64,000 nt of DNA from Candidatus Binatia bacterium (GCA_963664015.2 CAXXLF010000001.1:576001-640000), one strand, 5' to 3'; counted from the stretch's first letter, positions 31,757 through 42,983 are shown. Translations and numbers: made by a program. The notes: generated by a model from the letters alone, not told the origin.

Positions 31757-32644
31757 ATGGCTTTCCCCGATTTCGTGGAGGCGTACCAATGGAATTATCG
31801 GCCCCAGCATCCCAGGCGACCTGACTGGTTTAGCGAGTGGCCGGGCGGCAACAGGATGGCGGTGATCCTGATCCTGCTGCACGAATGGCAGTCCATACCC
31901 ACAGACAAGCCGATGACCAGATACGCACACCACACATTCGACTACCTGGCACTGGGCACCCGTGAATATGGCGCCAGGTTTGGCATCTGCCGCCTCCTCG
32001 ACCTATTGGACCAGCACAATGTAAAAGCGACAGTCCTCACAAGCGGATTGGTCGCTGAGCTATTCCCGGAGAGCGTGCGAGAGGTCAGAGCGCGAGGGCA
32101 CGAGCTAGCCACCCACGGGTGGGACCAAGCCATGCATCCTCCCGTTTTCAAGACAAAGGATGATGAACGAAACTCGGTCATTAAATCCATTACCGCCCTC
32201 GAACAGGCCACCAAAGGGCGAATCGTCGGTTACATGTCGGAGGGGCCGCGGCCGACGCCGAACACGCTGGAGATATGCGCAGAGTTAGGGTTTACCTGGA
32301 CCGCCGACTATTCCGACTCGGACGTCCCGTACGTCATCGACGTAAATGGGAAAAAGATCGTGTCGGTAGACTATGTCATGCCGAATTATACTGGCAACAA
32401 TCTCGGCCCACTCGGTCTGGATGCTGGCCTCAAGCAATTGAAGGAAGCGTTCGACGCTAGTTACTAGGAGTCCCAGAGGCATCCCCTGAAGTTCTGCTAC
32501 GCCTGCCACGTGCACGTCAGCGGGAGACCCGGGATGAGCAAACTGCTGGATCATTTCATCGACTACGCCCTTGGGCACGATGGTGTGCGGTTTTACCCGT
32601 GCATCGAAATTGCAAACTTCTGGCTCGAGCACAAAGATCCGTGA
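31757..32644 (+). pseudogene. Polysaccharide deacetylase (PuuE-like) with an in-frame TAG
   Basis: WPGGNRMAV, EYGARFG, HELATHG; after TAG 32465 it continues ..HVHVSGRPG..IANFW. Confidence 0.82.
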
Positions 32645-32763
32645 TAGGCCAAAGCGGCGACTTGAGATGGACTCCCCCCTTTTTTTCACCTATGCAGAGT
32701 ACTCTCCAGATCCGGATTCGTAATGCATCTAGGTGAATACACCCCGATTGTCCGCGAAGGACC

Positions 32764-33984
32764 CTATTTCATCCGAATCTCCCGGTAAAGCTTCTCTGCG
32801 TTTTTCAGGGCCCAGATCAGCTTTTTCTGGGCCACTGGTCATGCGCGAATGTCTGGTATTCAATTCTGGGTTTGCGTATCTCTATTTCATTAACCTTGCC
32901 CTTCTCCGTAACGTCCACACGGAATGTCTGGTCAGGAACTCGGGCGCTTTTAGAGTACATGATGGTCTGGCCTTCCCTGGAGAGAAACCAGTTGACAAAA
33001 AGCTTAGTGGCGTTCGGGTGCAGACGCCGATTAATTACCATGAGGTTATTGCCCGACCCGCTCCCCTGGAGGAGGGGCCGCTCCTTTATTAGCCCTCCGA
33101 TAATCCGTCCAAAGTTCTCCACGGGCAGACCCCGCTGGCCGAGCCTGTCAATGTCCCGGGTCGGCCGCGCCCGAGAAGATCGCCATGGTATACTTCCCCT
33201 GGGCTACGCCATCAGCAATCTGTCGAAAATCCACAGTGAACCTAACGCCCAGCTCCGGGCTAAATAGGCGCCGCAGGTACTTCTCCCCCAGATCCGGGTG
33301 AACCTGGACGGTGAAGTAGCTCCCAGCAGCACCGCCCGTCGTCGGCGGGAGGGCGATAATCTTGCCTGCAAACCGCTTATCCAAGAACGTCCATACGGAG
33401 TCGATCTTCATGGCCTCCTTATTTGACAATTTCTTGGTGTTGAAGCGCATGCCGATAGGCGAAAATTCGGCGTTGCCAGAGATGGCAAAAAGATACTTCT
33501 CCTCCGGATCGCTGTAGTGCTGCTTGCCGTTGTACCAAAGGGATTTGTCCACGACTTCCGGAAGGAACAAGAGCGGTTTGATAGGGTCAGCCGCGCCGTT
33601 GGCGATGATCCGTCGATTCCCGGTGGTGAATCCGACCATGAAGATGTCGACCTTGTACTTGCCGGCCCCACGCTCCGCAAGAAGCCGATCCGTCTGCCTG
33701 GTCCCGCCACCGGTGGAGACCACCGTTCGAATGCCGAACTTGTCTTCGAAGAACTTGAAGACCGGCCGGTAGTTGCGAGACGCCGAACCACCCAGTGCAG
33801 CCACCAGCTCGCCTTCCTTTTTTGCTTTGGTTATAGTTTCGTCCCACGTATCGGCTGGAGACCAACCTGTCATCGTCAGCATGAACAGAGGCGTCAACAG
33901 AAAGGCCAACAGGCCTACGAGTTTCAACTTGCCCCTTAGTTGCGTTGTTCTTACGGTGCGATTTTTTCTAAGCATCGTGCGCAT
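32764..33984 (-). pseudogene. ABC extracellular solute-binding protein, frameshifted
   Basis: Signal peptide, WDETITKAKKEGEL, HPNATKLFVNWFLSREGQ; frameshifts at ~33150 and ~32835. Confidence 0.78.
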
Positions 33985-34271
33985 CCTCCTCGATCACTAG
34001 AAAAACTCGCCTAAAATTACTTCTGTAACAATGAATATGGCTAAAAACACGGGGTCGAGGTGTCAAGCGCGCCCTATTCCATAACAAAATGCCATCGAAC
34101 TGCCCTTTGCTCATTAGGTCGTACTGATCTGGGCAACGAGCTAACTATTCATCCCAAAAGGCGCACTAAAGCTGGGCATAGTCTTTCAAATATTGACAAC
34201 CTTTGATGGGCGGTGTTATCCATCCACTCAAACTTAGGTGCTATTGGAATTATTATCAGCGAGGAGGACCT

Positions 34272-34556
34272 ATGGCTATTCGACTCATTGTAACAGTCAA
34301 CGCGACGCCGGGGAAAGGCTCCGAATTGGCAAAGGTATATCCGGATCGTTGTGCAGATACTGAGAAGGAGCCTGGCTGTGAACACTTCGAAGCCTTCCAG
34401 AGCCTCGTGAACCCCGATAAGATCGTGCTGCTGGAACGCTGGGCCGATCAGGCAGCTTTGGACACTCATGAAAAATTGAACCGCCCTCGGGCACGGCCTG
34501 ACCTGCGGGCGGGTGGCGGTGAGGTCGAAAGGTACGAGTATTACCGAACCCGCTAG
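34272..34556 (+). CDS. Putative quinol monooxygenase (ABM domain)
   Basis: PGKG, EPGC, VLLERWADQAALDTH; SD GAGGAGG. Confidence 0.85.
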   Translation: MAIRLIVTVNATPGKGSELAKVYPDRCADTEKEPGCEHFEAFQSLVNPDKIVLLERWADQAALDTHEKLNRPRARPDLRAGGGEVERYEYYRTR

Positions 34557-34637
34557 CCCATGAAAAATAAAGTCTAAGGGTCAGGTCTGGCGGCTCGACT
34601 ACAAAAAGAAATTTCAGATAATTTGAATGGAGGAACC

Positions 34638-35777
34638 ATGGACTATACGCGTTTTGCGCACGTGAGGCTCACGCCTTTTGAGCAGTGGGTCCAATCCGAA
34701 GGGCTGCAGGTCATCACTACACACACGGTTCCCGACGTCCTGACCGTAGAGCTGGAACCCTGGAAGCGGACCGGCTGCCTGGGGGCCCTGATGGATATGA
34801 CCCACGACCCCTCGGACAACGTCATGATCAATAGCCAGGGGACCACCCGCTATCTCGTAGAGATACCGCCGGGGGGCACCTTCAAACCCGAAAGACACAT
34901 GTACGAGGAGATCTTTTACGTCGTAAAAGGAAGTGGCGCCACCGTCGTCTGGAACGAGGGCACGCCCAAACTGACCTTTGAATGGGAGCAGGACGCCGTC
35001 TTTGCCATACCCCTGAACGCGTGGCACGAGATCCACAACGGGAGCGGCACCGAGTCCGTCCGGCTCTACGCGGCCACCAACATGCCGACCCCGTTCAACC
35101 TCTACGGCAACCCCGAGTTTGTCTTCAACTGCGCAAATACCTTCAACGACCGATTCGATCCCAACGACGAGACATACTTCAGCCACAAGGCCACGAGGGT
35201 GGAGGACCGGCTTTTGCAATCGAACTTTATCCCCAGCGTGACAAAGATGGCCCTCGATGCCTGGGAGTATCGCGGGCCTGGGACCAACATGCACACCCTG
35301 ATGGCCGGCGGCCGCTTCGTATGCCATGTATCCGAGTTCCCTCCAGCATCCTACAAAAAGGGGCACGGCTTCGTGGGCGGGCAGTCCACAGGCGGTCGCA
35401 GCAGGACGGGGCTAACATCGGAAAACAGCTACCTCTTTCTCAGCGGTTACGGGTACGACCTCCAGTGGGAACCGGGAGCGAAGCCGGGCCCCGGAGTCGA
35501 GTTTAAGCGGTTCAACTTCAAAAGGGGCTCGCTGATGACAAACGGCCAGGCCGGGCATCAGCATTTTAACCCCAGCGACGAACCCGCGCGATACGTGGTC
35601 CTCCGCTACGGCAACGATCGATTCGGCCTTCGGGAAGGGCAATTGCCCCAGGGCAAGAATCCGGAGCGGTGGCGCAGGCCTCAGATCGAGTACAACGAAG
35701 AGCAGCCGGAAATCCGAGCGCTGTTCGATGAGGAGTGCCGAAAGCGCGGTGTGAAACCAAAAATGCCACCGGTATAA
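34638..35777 (+). CDS. Bicupin-domain protein
   Basis: ERHMYEEIFYVVKGSG, PLNAWHEIHN, HQHFNP. Confidence 0.8.
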   Translation: MDYTRFAHVRLTPFEQWVQSEGLQVITTHTVPDVLTVELEPWKRTGCLGALMDMTHDPSDNVMINSQGTTRYLVEIPPGGTFKPERHMYEEIFYVVKGSGATVVWNEGTPKLTFEWEQDAVFAIPLNAWHEIHNGSGTESVRLYAATNMPTPFNLYGNPEFVFNCANTFNDRFDPNDETYFSHKATRVEDRLLQSNFIPSVTKMALDAWEYRGPGTNMHTLMAGGRFVCHVSEFPPASYKKGHGFVGGQSTGGRSRTGLTSENSYLFLSGYGYDLQWEPGAKPGPGVEFKRFNFKRGSLMTNGQAGHQHFNPSDEPARYVVLRYGNDRFGLREGQLPQGKNPERWRRPQIEYNEEQPEIRALFDEECRKRGVKPKMPPV

Positions 35778-35831
35778 CCGCTAGGACCAATCGAGGAACC
35801 CCCTCTAATCAGCAGAAACCCAGGCGGGCCC

Positions 35832-36030
35832 CTACCCGTCCAGTTCGCGATGGAGGAACTCGAAGCTCCGCGTATAGGACAGATTGGTCGCCGTCTTCTG
35901 AGCGGCCGGCACCTCGGCATCCGGGGTGATTTGGGTAAAGCTGTGCCCCATTCCTTACATAGCAGTGCAATTCGTAGGACTTGCCAAAACGGTTGAGTGC
36001 CTTGGTGAACGCCTCTACTTCCATGCGGGC
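35832..36030 (-). pseudogene. Dienelactone-hydrolase-like C-terminal remnant
   Basis: FTKALNRFGKSYELHCY, frameshift, then GMGHSF...YTRSFEFLHREL*. Confidence 0.55.
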
Positions 36031-36035
36031 GTCGA

Positions 36036-36431
36036 GTGGTCTTCCGTACCGTATTGGCATTGAAGCTTGCAGTTGATTGTCTGCAGCTCACGCACATGCG
36101 GGAAAAGGCTATGATGGTAGATGACGCCGGCTTGGAAGGCGTCGGTGCAGCCGGCGTGCCCTTCTATGGTGGGGCACTGGCCGTTGAGGATGTACCAAAT
36201 ATCAAGGCCGCTCTTGAATTGAATTTTGCAGAGAACGATAAACGGGTAAACGCCAAGTGGCCGGCTTACGAAGCCGCCCTCAAGGCAAACGGCACCAAAC
36301 ACGAGGCCCACGTATATCCCGGGACCCGTCACGGTTTCCATCACGATACCACCACTCGTTACGACGAGTCTGCCGCCAAACTCCCCTGGCAACGGACTCT
36401 CTACGACTTCAACAAAACGTTGAAGTCGTAG
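36036..36431 (+). pseudogene. Dienelactone hydrolase C-terminal remnant
   Basis: AGVPFYG, YPGTRHGFHHDTT.RYD..AAKL.WQRT; nucleophile-bearing N-half absent. Confidence 0.75.
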
Positions 36432-36915
36432 AATCCAGCCGGAGGAAGGGATTGGCCGAATCAGCTCGAGGCCTCAAAAACGCGGAAACTGAAACTTGGA
36501 AGAAAATCAGCACAGCCGTTGTTAAAATCTGCCACAGAGGCTATGAATCGGGTCAGGAAAAAACCTGATGAAAACGGAAAATCTCAAAATCAATCTCTCG
36601 TGGCCAGATTCCAGCATATTACTGCACAAACATCCCAAATGGGTGAAGGACGACATCAATGCCGGCCTAATCTTGTTTACCGAAAGCTCAGTGACCGTTC
36701 ACATTCCGTATAAAGCAATCGGTAGAACACCCGATACACTCCTTCACTAGCTTCTGAATTTCTTCCACCTCAGCGGTCCCTGAAATTCTTTAGGGACGGG
36801 CTCGCCCCACTCCCTCCAAAACAATGGGGCCCCTTCCTTTTGCCTGATGTCGAAGGCAAAATGCTGTATACTAGCTTCAAGAGGTTATGCGCTACTTCAA
36901 ACCTGGAGGAAAGGA

Positions 36916-37281
36916 ATGGTTGAAATTAATTTGAGCTGAGAAGTCTCAGTCTTGCATGTCCGTCCCACGGGGCCGCTCCGAAAGCAATATTTCGATGATA
37001 TCGCTCATCTCGTCGACCCATTTATTGAAGAGACCGGTGGTCTTGCCGGTCTGGTTCTGGAAGTCGTACCCTTCCCGGGCTGGGAAAACCCGGGCGCCAC
37101 AGCCCGTCATTTCTGCTTCGTCCGAGATCATCACAAATTGATCAAGAAGGTAGCCCTTCTCACAGACTTGCCCATCGGTGCAGCTGCGGAGCACATCGTA
37201 TTCCACTTCGTGGCTGCCGAGATCAAGCAGTTCCCTTCAGACGGTCTCGAAGCGGCAATGGCATGGATTGGTTCTAATTGA
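36916..37281 (+). pseudogene. STAS/SEC14 (SpoIIAA-like) protein with an in-frame TGA
   Basis: ATG 36916 MVEINLS*EVSVLHVRPTGPL..FPGWEN..HFCFVRDHH; TGA 36937. Confidence 0.7.
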
Positions 37282-37618
37282 CAACCCTGCAGGCCATTCG
37301 GTCACTAAAACCCCAGCAGGAACCACAGAGATGACCGCCCCAATCCGGTGGTGGGAGAATTGTTGCCTCAAAAGTAAGGACCACTATCGTCTAACAATTC
37401 GCGGGCTCCTGGGAGCCAACCAGGGATGCCCCCGTTCGCGCCCGCTGCCCAAGATGCGGCTTTAATCTTAACGTCTCCGTTAGTCCCGTAAAGAAAGCCA
37501 GGAAGTAAACGACTCACAGCGCCCGGGTCTTGAACCCTGGTATTGGCCAAACATATAGCCGTCAGTACTCCCCGCAGATTGACAGTGCAAGCCGAATTCG
37601 GATATTAATACTCACCTT

Positions 37619-38077
37619 ATGGAATTTGAAGGCAAAATCGATCTAGAGGTTCGCATCGAAACCGCATGGGATTTCCTGATCGATATCAACAAATTTTCAG
37701 CTTGCTTACCCGGGATCGAAGAGGTCAGGCAGATCGACGATACCACTTTCGAAGGTACGCTGGCGGCGGCCGTAGGACCTATTTCGGGAAAGTTCAACTT
37801 CCGTTCCACAATTCTTGATAGTCAACCGCCGGAGAAAATGGTGGTTCGGACCGAAGGAACCGATTCGGTCACAAAGAGCACGGTCACCGCCGATATGACG
37901 GTGGATTTGTGCAAGATCTCAGAAAAGAAGACCCAATTGAATTACAAAGCCGATGTCAAGATCAATGGCCGGCTTGCCATTCTCGGCGATATGATACTGC
38001 GGGCCACGGCGACCTTGGTTCTTCAGGAGTTCGCCAGACGTTTGAATGAAGGGCTAGCCGATCCAACCGCAGCATGA
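37619..38077 (+). CDS. CoxG/SRPBCC family protein
   Basis: AWDFL, CLPG, VGPISGKF, GRLAILG. Confidence 0.85.
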   Translation: MEFEGKIDLEVRIETAWDFLIDINKFSACLPGIEEVRQIDDTTFEGTLAAAVGPISGKFNFRSTILDSQPPEKMVVRTEGTDSVTKSTVTADMTVDLCKISEKKTQLNYKADVKINGRLAILGDMILRATATLVLQEFARRLNEGLADPTAA

Positions 38078-38099
38078 ACACAATGAAGGGAAAGGGACC

Positions 38100-39611
38100 A
38101 TGGCGGACTCATATGATGTGATTATTGTAGGGGGCGGTTCGGCAGGCTGCGTGGCAGCGGCTCGTCTGTCGGAAGATCCCAAAAGAAAGGTTTTGTTACT
38201 CGAAGCCGGCTCGGACCCCTGGCCCTTGCCCGAGATCGTGGCCGATGCGGACAAGCAGACACGCCTGTTGCTGGAGTCGGATTTCTTACGAATGTATCCC
38301 AGCGAACGACACCTGGATAGCAGCACCTACTACGCCTTATCAGGAAAAATTATCGGCGGCGGGTCCTCGGTCAATATGATGTCCGTTCCACGCCCAATGA
38401 AGGCCGACCTGGACAATTGGGTGAAGCTAGGCAATCCGGATTGGTCCTATGAACGATGTTTGCCGGTTATGAAGCGGATCGAATCCGACCAGGACTTTCC
38501 CAACAGTCCAATCCATGGCAACAGTGGACCGCTCTACGTTAAGCGCAATTATAAATTGGCCGCCCCAACAACACCGCCAGTAGAAGCCTATCTCGCCAGC
38601 GCTTACGCCATGGGTTTACCGAAATGTCCGGACCTGAACGGTCCCGACCCTTACGGCGTATGTGAGTCCCCCTACAATATCAAAGATGGGAAACGTCAGT
38701 CGACGGTCGTAGCCTACCTCACTAGCGCACGCAGCCGGCCGAATCTGACAATCATTGCCGAGGCCCCCGCCCAATCATTGGTCTTGTCTGGGAAAAACGC
38801 AGAAGGTGTTCGCTATAAGAGAAACGGTCAGCTGCACACCGTCACCGGTGGACAGATTTTGATGACCGCTGGAGTCTATCATACTCCGCAAATTCTCATG
38901 CTCTCTGGGATAGGCCCTCAGTCAGAGCTGACAAAGCATAGCATCCCCCTCGTTCATGAAATGCCGGGCATTGGGGAGAATTACCATGATCACCCAGGGG
39001 TAGTCATGACCTTCGAGGGACCGAATCCCTTGAATACGGATTGGGTGATCCCACGCTTCCGTCTCATCATCAAAAAACACCCACTTTACGACTGTGGGAA
39101 TTTCCACATAATCATGCGCCCTTCTACGGAAATCCCAGGCCTCAAGCGCATGATGCCCGTTTCTGCATACTTACTCGAGCAACGCAATCGAGGTCGTGTT
39201 TATCTCAAGAGCAAGGACCCCGATGAATTACCCGGCGTGGACTCACAAATGCTGGAACATCCGGAGGATCTCAAGGCAATGGTCGAAGCGATGCATTTTA
39301 TTGACGATATGGTCCATATTGGCCCAGCTAAGGAATTTTACGGACCGCTCATTCAGCCCGGGCCGAGCGACGACTGGGGCAAATTCGCGCGCTCCACATA
39401 TGACAGCTATCACCATGGCGTCGGAACCTGCATGATGGGTCCGGCGTCGAACTCCATGGCGGTGGTCGACGAGAAGCTCCGGGTTCACGGAATGCAAAAC
39501 CTTTGGGTAGGGGACGCGTCGATCATGCCAGTTGTAAGCCACGCGAATACCAACCTGACTTCGATCATGATCGGTGAGCGGTTGTCGGACTTTGTCAAAG
39601 AGGAAGCTTGA
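38100..39611 (+). CDS. GMC-family oxidoreductase
   Basis: GGGSAG, GGGSSVN, TPQILMLSGIG, YHHGVGTC, DASIMP..ANTN. Confidence 0.92.
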   Translation: MADSYDVIIVGGGSAGCVAAARLSEDPKRKVLLLEAGSDPWPLPEIVADADKQTRLLLESDFLRMYPSERHLDSSTYYALSGKIIGGGSSVNMMSVPRPMKADLDNWVKLGNPDWSYERCLPVMKRIESDQDFPNSPIHGNSGPLYVKRNYKLAAPTTPPVEAYLASAYAMGLPKCPDLNGPDPYGVCESPYNIKDGKRQSTVVAYLTSARSRPNLTIIAEAPAQSLVLSGKNAEGVRYKRNGQLHTVTGGQILMTAGVYHTPQILMLSGIGPQSELTKHSIPLVHEMPGIGENYHDHPGVVMTFEGPNPLNTDWVIPRFRLIIKKHPLYDCGNFHIIMRPSTEIPGLKRMMPVSAYLLEQRNRGRVYLKSKDPDELPGVDSQMLEHPEDLKAMVEAMHFIDDMVHIGPAKEFYGPLIQPGPSDDWGKFARSTYDSYHHGVGTCMMGPASNSMAVVDEKLRVHGMQNLWVGDASIMPVVSHANTNLTSIMIGERLSDFVKEEA

Positions 39612-39638
39612 CCGGTCACGGGAGGATGTTGAATCTGA

Positions 39639-40882
39639 ATGATCATGGACCAAGCCCACGAACAATCAACCAACCTCCCCAGACGGCCCAACGCGACTCT
39701 ACTGGCAAGTATCGCCTTCGGCCATTCAGTCGTGCATTGGTTTACACAAGCCTTTCCCGTGCTCCTAGCCGAGATCGTCACCAGTACGGGCCTCAGCCCC
39801 CTGGCGGCGGACACGATCATGGGGGCGCGAAATATCTCCGGTGCGATTGCAAACATCCCGGTGGGGATGGCGGCGGATCGATATGCCACCCACCGGACGT
39901 ATTTCATGACCGCCAGTCTCGTGTGGCTGGGAGGAGGATTCTTCCTTATCGGCATAGCACCGAACCAAACGTGGATCATGGTTTTCGCCGTAGTCCTCGG
40001 AGTCGGAAGCGCCCTGTGGCACCCACCGGCGGTTGGGCTTCTCTCAACACGATTTCCCGCTCGGCGTGCGTCGGTCATGGCCATTCACGGGGTCGGTGCC
40101 AGCGTGGGCGACATTACCGGGCCTCTGAGTGTAGGCACCCTGTTACTTGTGGTTTCTTGGGAAAGCATCTTTCAGGCCAGTATTCTGCCTGCTCTGGTCC
40201 TCGCTGGCGCGTTCTTTGTGACCATGCGAGGCGTCAACACCGGGAATACCCGTGGACAGACCTCTTGGGCCGACTACTTCAACGCCCTGCGGCAGGCAGC
40301 GCGACACCGCCCCTAGCTGCTGTCCATATTGGCCTGTGGCACGCGAACCGCAGGACAGATCATCCTGGTGACGTTTGTCCCTATTTACGCGAGGGATCAC
40401 CTGGCTCTGGGACCGGGCTTCGCCGGCCTGTTACTCGCCCTGTTAATGGGCCTCAGCCTGATTTCGCAGCCCATACTCGGGTATATCTCCGACCGCACAA
40501 GCCGCAAAGCCACCGTCCTGCCGGCACCATAGTGCTTGTGTTACTCACCCCGCTGCTCGGATTTGCCGACAGTTTGGGGTGGCTGCTTGCCGTCGTGGGA
40601 GCTATCGGCCCTTTCTTGTTTAGCTCGGCTTTGCTTTTAAATGCCCTCGGCCTCGACATTGCCCCTCCGGAGCTTCACAGCTCAGTGACCGCAGCACAGT
40701 TCCTCACGGGCATGGGGCTTGCAAGCGCGGCACCAGTTATAGCGGGTGCGGCAGCCGCCGCAGCAGGCACCCCCACTGCGTTTTATGTAGCAACGGTGTT
40801 CTTCGCCGTGCCCCTCGCACTGGTTTTGCTCCTACCGGCAACAAAGGGCGATACGCCGACACCTCGATTTGCAGCACGGTAG
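39639..40882 (+). pseudogene. MFS transporter with an in-frame TAG and a frameshift
   Basis: GMAADRY, WHPPA; TAG 40314; GYISDRTSRK; frameshift ~40525. Confidence 0.8.
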
Positions 40883-41109
40883 AGTGCGGCGTTCACCGTA
40901 ATCCTTTTAATGCCGCCGAATTCCGTGCGACCGGGATGGATACTAGACTTTTTTGCTAGATTCTAGTTTTTCTAGATCGGTGAACGGGAAACGACCGGCT
41001 GAGTAATTTTTTGCGGTATGTTAACCGTAGAATTACAATAACTGGATCTGCTCGATTCTCTCAAAAACCCCTCAAAACAGAAAGATACTAAAAACAGGTG
41101 GTTAGAGTC

Positions 41110-41125
41110 TGGGACTCCTATTGCT
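41110..41125 (+). promoter_or_regulatory. Putative sigma54 (-24/-12) promoter
   Basis: TGGGAC-TCCTA-TTGCT with GG-N10-GC spacing, upstream of a receiver gene. Confidence 0.55.
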
Positions 41126-41156
41126 TTATCATCTGACCATAAAGGACAGGTTCAAA

Positions 41157-41578
41157 ATGAGAAACAAAAAATCCTCATAGTAGACGACGAGCAGGATCTC
41201 TGCGACATCCTGCAGACGTATTTCAAGAATCTGGGCTACGATTGCATTTTAGCTGGAGACGGTCAAAAGGGTGTCGAATTAGCCATCTCCCAACCACCGG
41301 ATCTCATCGTGATGGACATCATGTTGCCCAGGATGAACGGTCTACAAGCGACCCGATTCATCCGCCAGCATCCCAAAACCCGCTTCACGCCAGTCCTAGC
41401 CATGACCGCAAAGGTCACCCAGCAAGACAAGAGAGATTGTTTTCAAAGTGGCTGTAACAATCATATCGGTAAGCCATTCAAGGCTAGGCAGTTGATCGCC
41501 TGTGTCGAGGAGCTTTTGGACCAGGCCAGTGAGGGCCACATGGACCACGAAGAAGATAGGGCTGCGGCTGTTGGCTGA
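41157..41578 (+). pseudogene. Single-domain response regulator; ATG out of frame with the gene body
   Basis: KILIVDDE..PDLIVMDIMLPRMNG..AMTA..KPF; ATG 41157 is shifted by one base. Confidence 0.7.
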
Positions 41579-41654
41579 GTATCGCTGCCCGCCTCGACCG
41601 TATCCTCTCCTCAGTGAAGCCCGGTCCTGGAATCAGGATCTTAGGACTCTAGCC

Positions 41655-42596
41655 TCAAACCTCGCCAACCTTTAATTTCATCATTAAAAGTGCAGCGCGG
41701 CCGCCCGGGCCGAACGGATTACCCATGGTCTCCTGCATCTCGAAGTGGTTGAACCCCTCCCCGACCATGAATTCGACCGGTTTGCCCGCCGCCTTCAATA
41801 CGGCAGCGAAGTCTCGCGATTGACGCTGGAACTCGGGCGACTCGAGTGTGCCGTGGGCAATGACCAGTGGCATATTGATCCTGGCGATGTGGCGCTGGGC
41901 GCTCAGAGCCTCCTCGGTCACGTCGTCGAAATTGACGTATTTGCTTCGCTTCGAGAGCCGCACCGGCTTTAGGTCGTACATACCGCTGACTAGCAAGGCG
42001 CCCTTGATCACGTCGGCCGGCAGGCCGAAGTCCTTCTGCCAGTCGGTGATCACAACCACGCCACCAAGGTGGCCGCCTGAGGAGTGCCCCGAAAGATAGA
42101 GGCGTTTGGGATCGGCGCCGAAACTCGAGGCGCTCTTGTAAACCCAGGCTACCGCCCGGCGCACCTGATCGGCCATCGCCATGAGACTGCCGCTCGCATC
42201 CTGAACCGACACGAAATCCGGTATGACGAGATGGGCGCCGGCGGCGAGATACATTTCTGCCATATAAGCGGAGTCCTTGGCATAGCCGCCGCGCCAGCCC
42301 CCACCGTGTATGAAGATATGGATCGGAGCGTTAGGGCGATTGGATTGGTAGAGGTCAAGTTTCTCGCACTCAGACGGCCCGTAGCGGATTCGCCGGGGCT
42401 GTCCAATGCGAGTTAGCGTCCGCTCGCTTGCGAGGCGGCGGCGCTTGCTAACGTGCTCGCGATTTGGTGCCCAGCAGGCCTGATCGTAAGCGTCGTCGAG
42501 CTCCTTCTGGTCCATGTCCAGCCAGACACGAGGCCCCTTCCCCGCGGGTGGGTCCAGCCTTGCCGGTATTGCCGGTGAAGGTTCGATCTTACTCAT
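41655..42596 (-). CDS. Alpha/beta hydrolase, arylformamidase-like
   Basis: FIHGGGW, GHSSGG, SGMYDL, ESPEF, NHF. Confidence 0.85.
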   Translation of the reverse strand: MSKIEPSPAIPARLDPPAGKGPRVWLDMDQKELDDAYDQACWAPNREHVSKRRRLASERTLTRIGQPRRIRYGPSECEKLDLYQSNRPNAPIHIFIHGGGWRGGYAKDSAYMAEMYLAAGAHLVIPDFVSVQDASGSLMAMADQVRRAVAWVYKSASSFGADPKRLYLSGHSSGGHLGGVVVITDWQKDFGLPADVIKGALLVSGMYDLKPVRLSKRSKYVNFDDVTEEALSAQRHIARINMPLVIAHGTLESPEFQRQSRDFAAVLKAAGKPVEFMVGEGFNHFEMQETMGNPFGPGGRAALLMMKLKVGEV

Positions 42597-42668
42597 GGGC
42601 TTTTCTCCCCATAGTCGTCCAAAACCTGATTCAGGGCCCTTTGTAAAGAGTCATTCCATTTTTGTCAA

Positions 42669-42722
42669 TCATTGGTTACTCAGAGCCGGGTCGTCTTCAA
42701 CCACGAGAATTGTCTTCAGCAT
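42669..42722 (-). pseudogene. Receiver-domain N-terminal stub
   Basis: MLKTILVVEDDPALSNQ*. Confidence 0.5.
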
Positions 42723-42737
42723 TACGGGGCTGATTTA

Positions 42738-42753
42738 AGCAAAACCGGTGCCA
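42738..42753 (-). promoter_or_regulatory. Sigma54 promoter
   Basis: Minus strand TGGCAC-CGGTT-TTGCT, a consensus match. Confidence 0.7.
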
Positions 42754-42983
42754 AGACACAAGCGCCTATTTTTTAGGAGCTTACACGGATCCAAACGCGT
42801 ACCAAGGTGCCAGTTTAGGCCAGGTCTCCAGCAAAATTGTTCGTTCTTGTGACAATTATCGGCAGTAGAAGACCACGAAAAGGTTGGTCAATCGTAATAC
42901 AGCACGTTATCCTGGGATAAGCTTATTTCCCAAGATTTTACTGTAGCGGACGGATCCAAATTACAGGAGGTGACAAGCCCTTG

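Noticed and set aside
36435-36470. tRNA 3'-end fragment as an attachment site
   Set aside because: Only a few bases resemble a reversed tRNA end, with no T-arm consensus.
19096-36939. Selenocysteine at in-frame TGAs (19096, 23537, 36937)
   Set aside because: The positions do not match catalytic Cys sites of known selenoprotein families, and the surrounding genes are decayed.
37290-37560. Possible decayed small gene (DUF1330-like) on the minus strand
   Set aside because: The resemblance is too weak to support without a search.
39608-40882. 424-aa ORF as an intact MFS
   Set aside because: Only its last ~115 aa are MFS-like. The N-terminal MFS sequence is in another frame.
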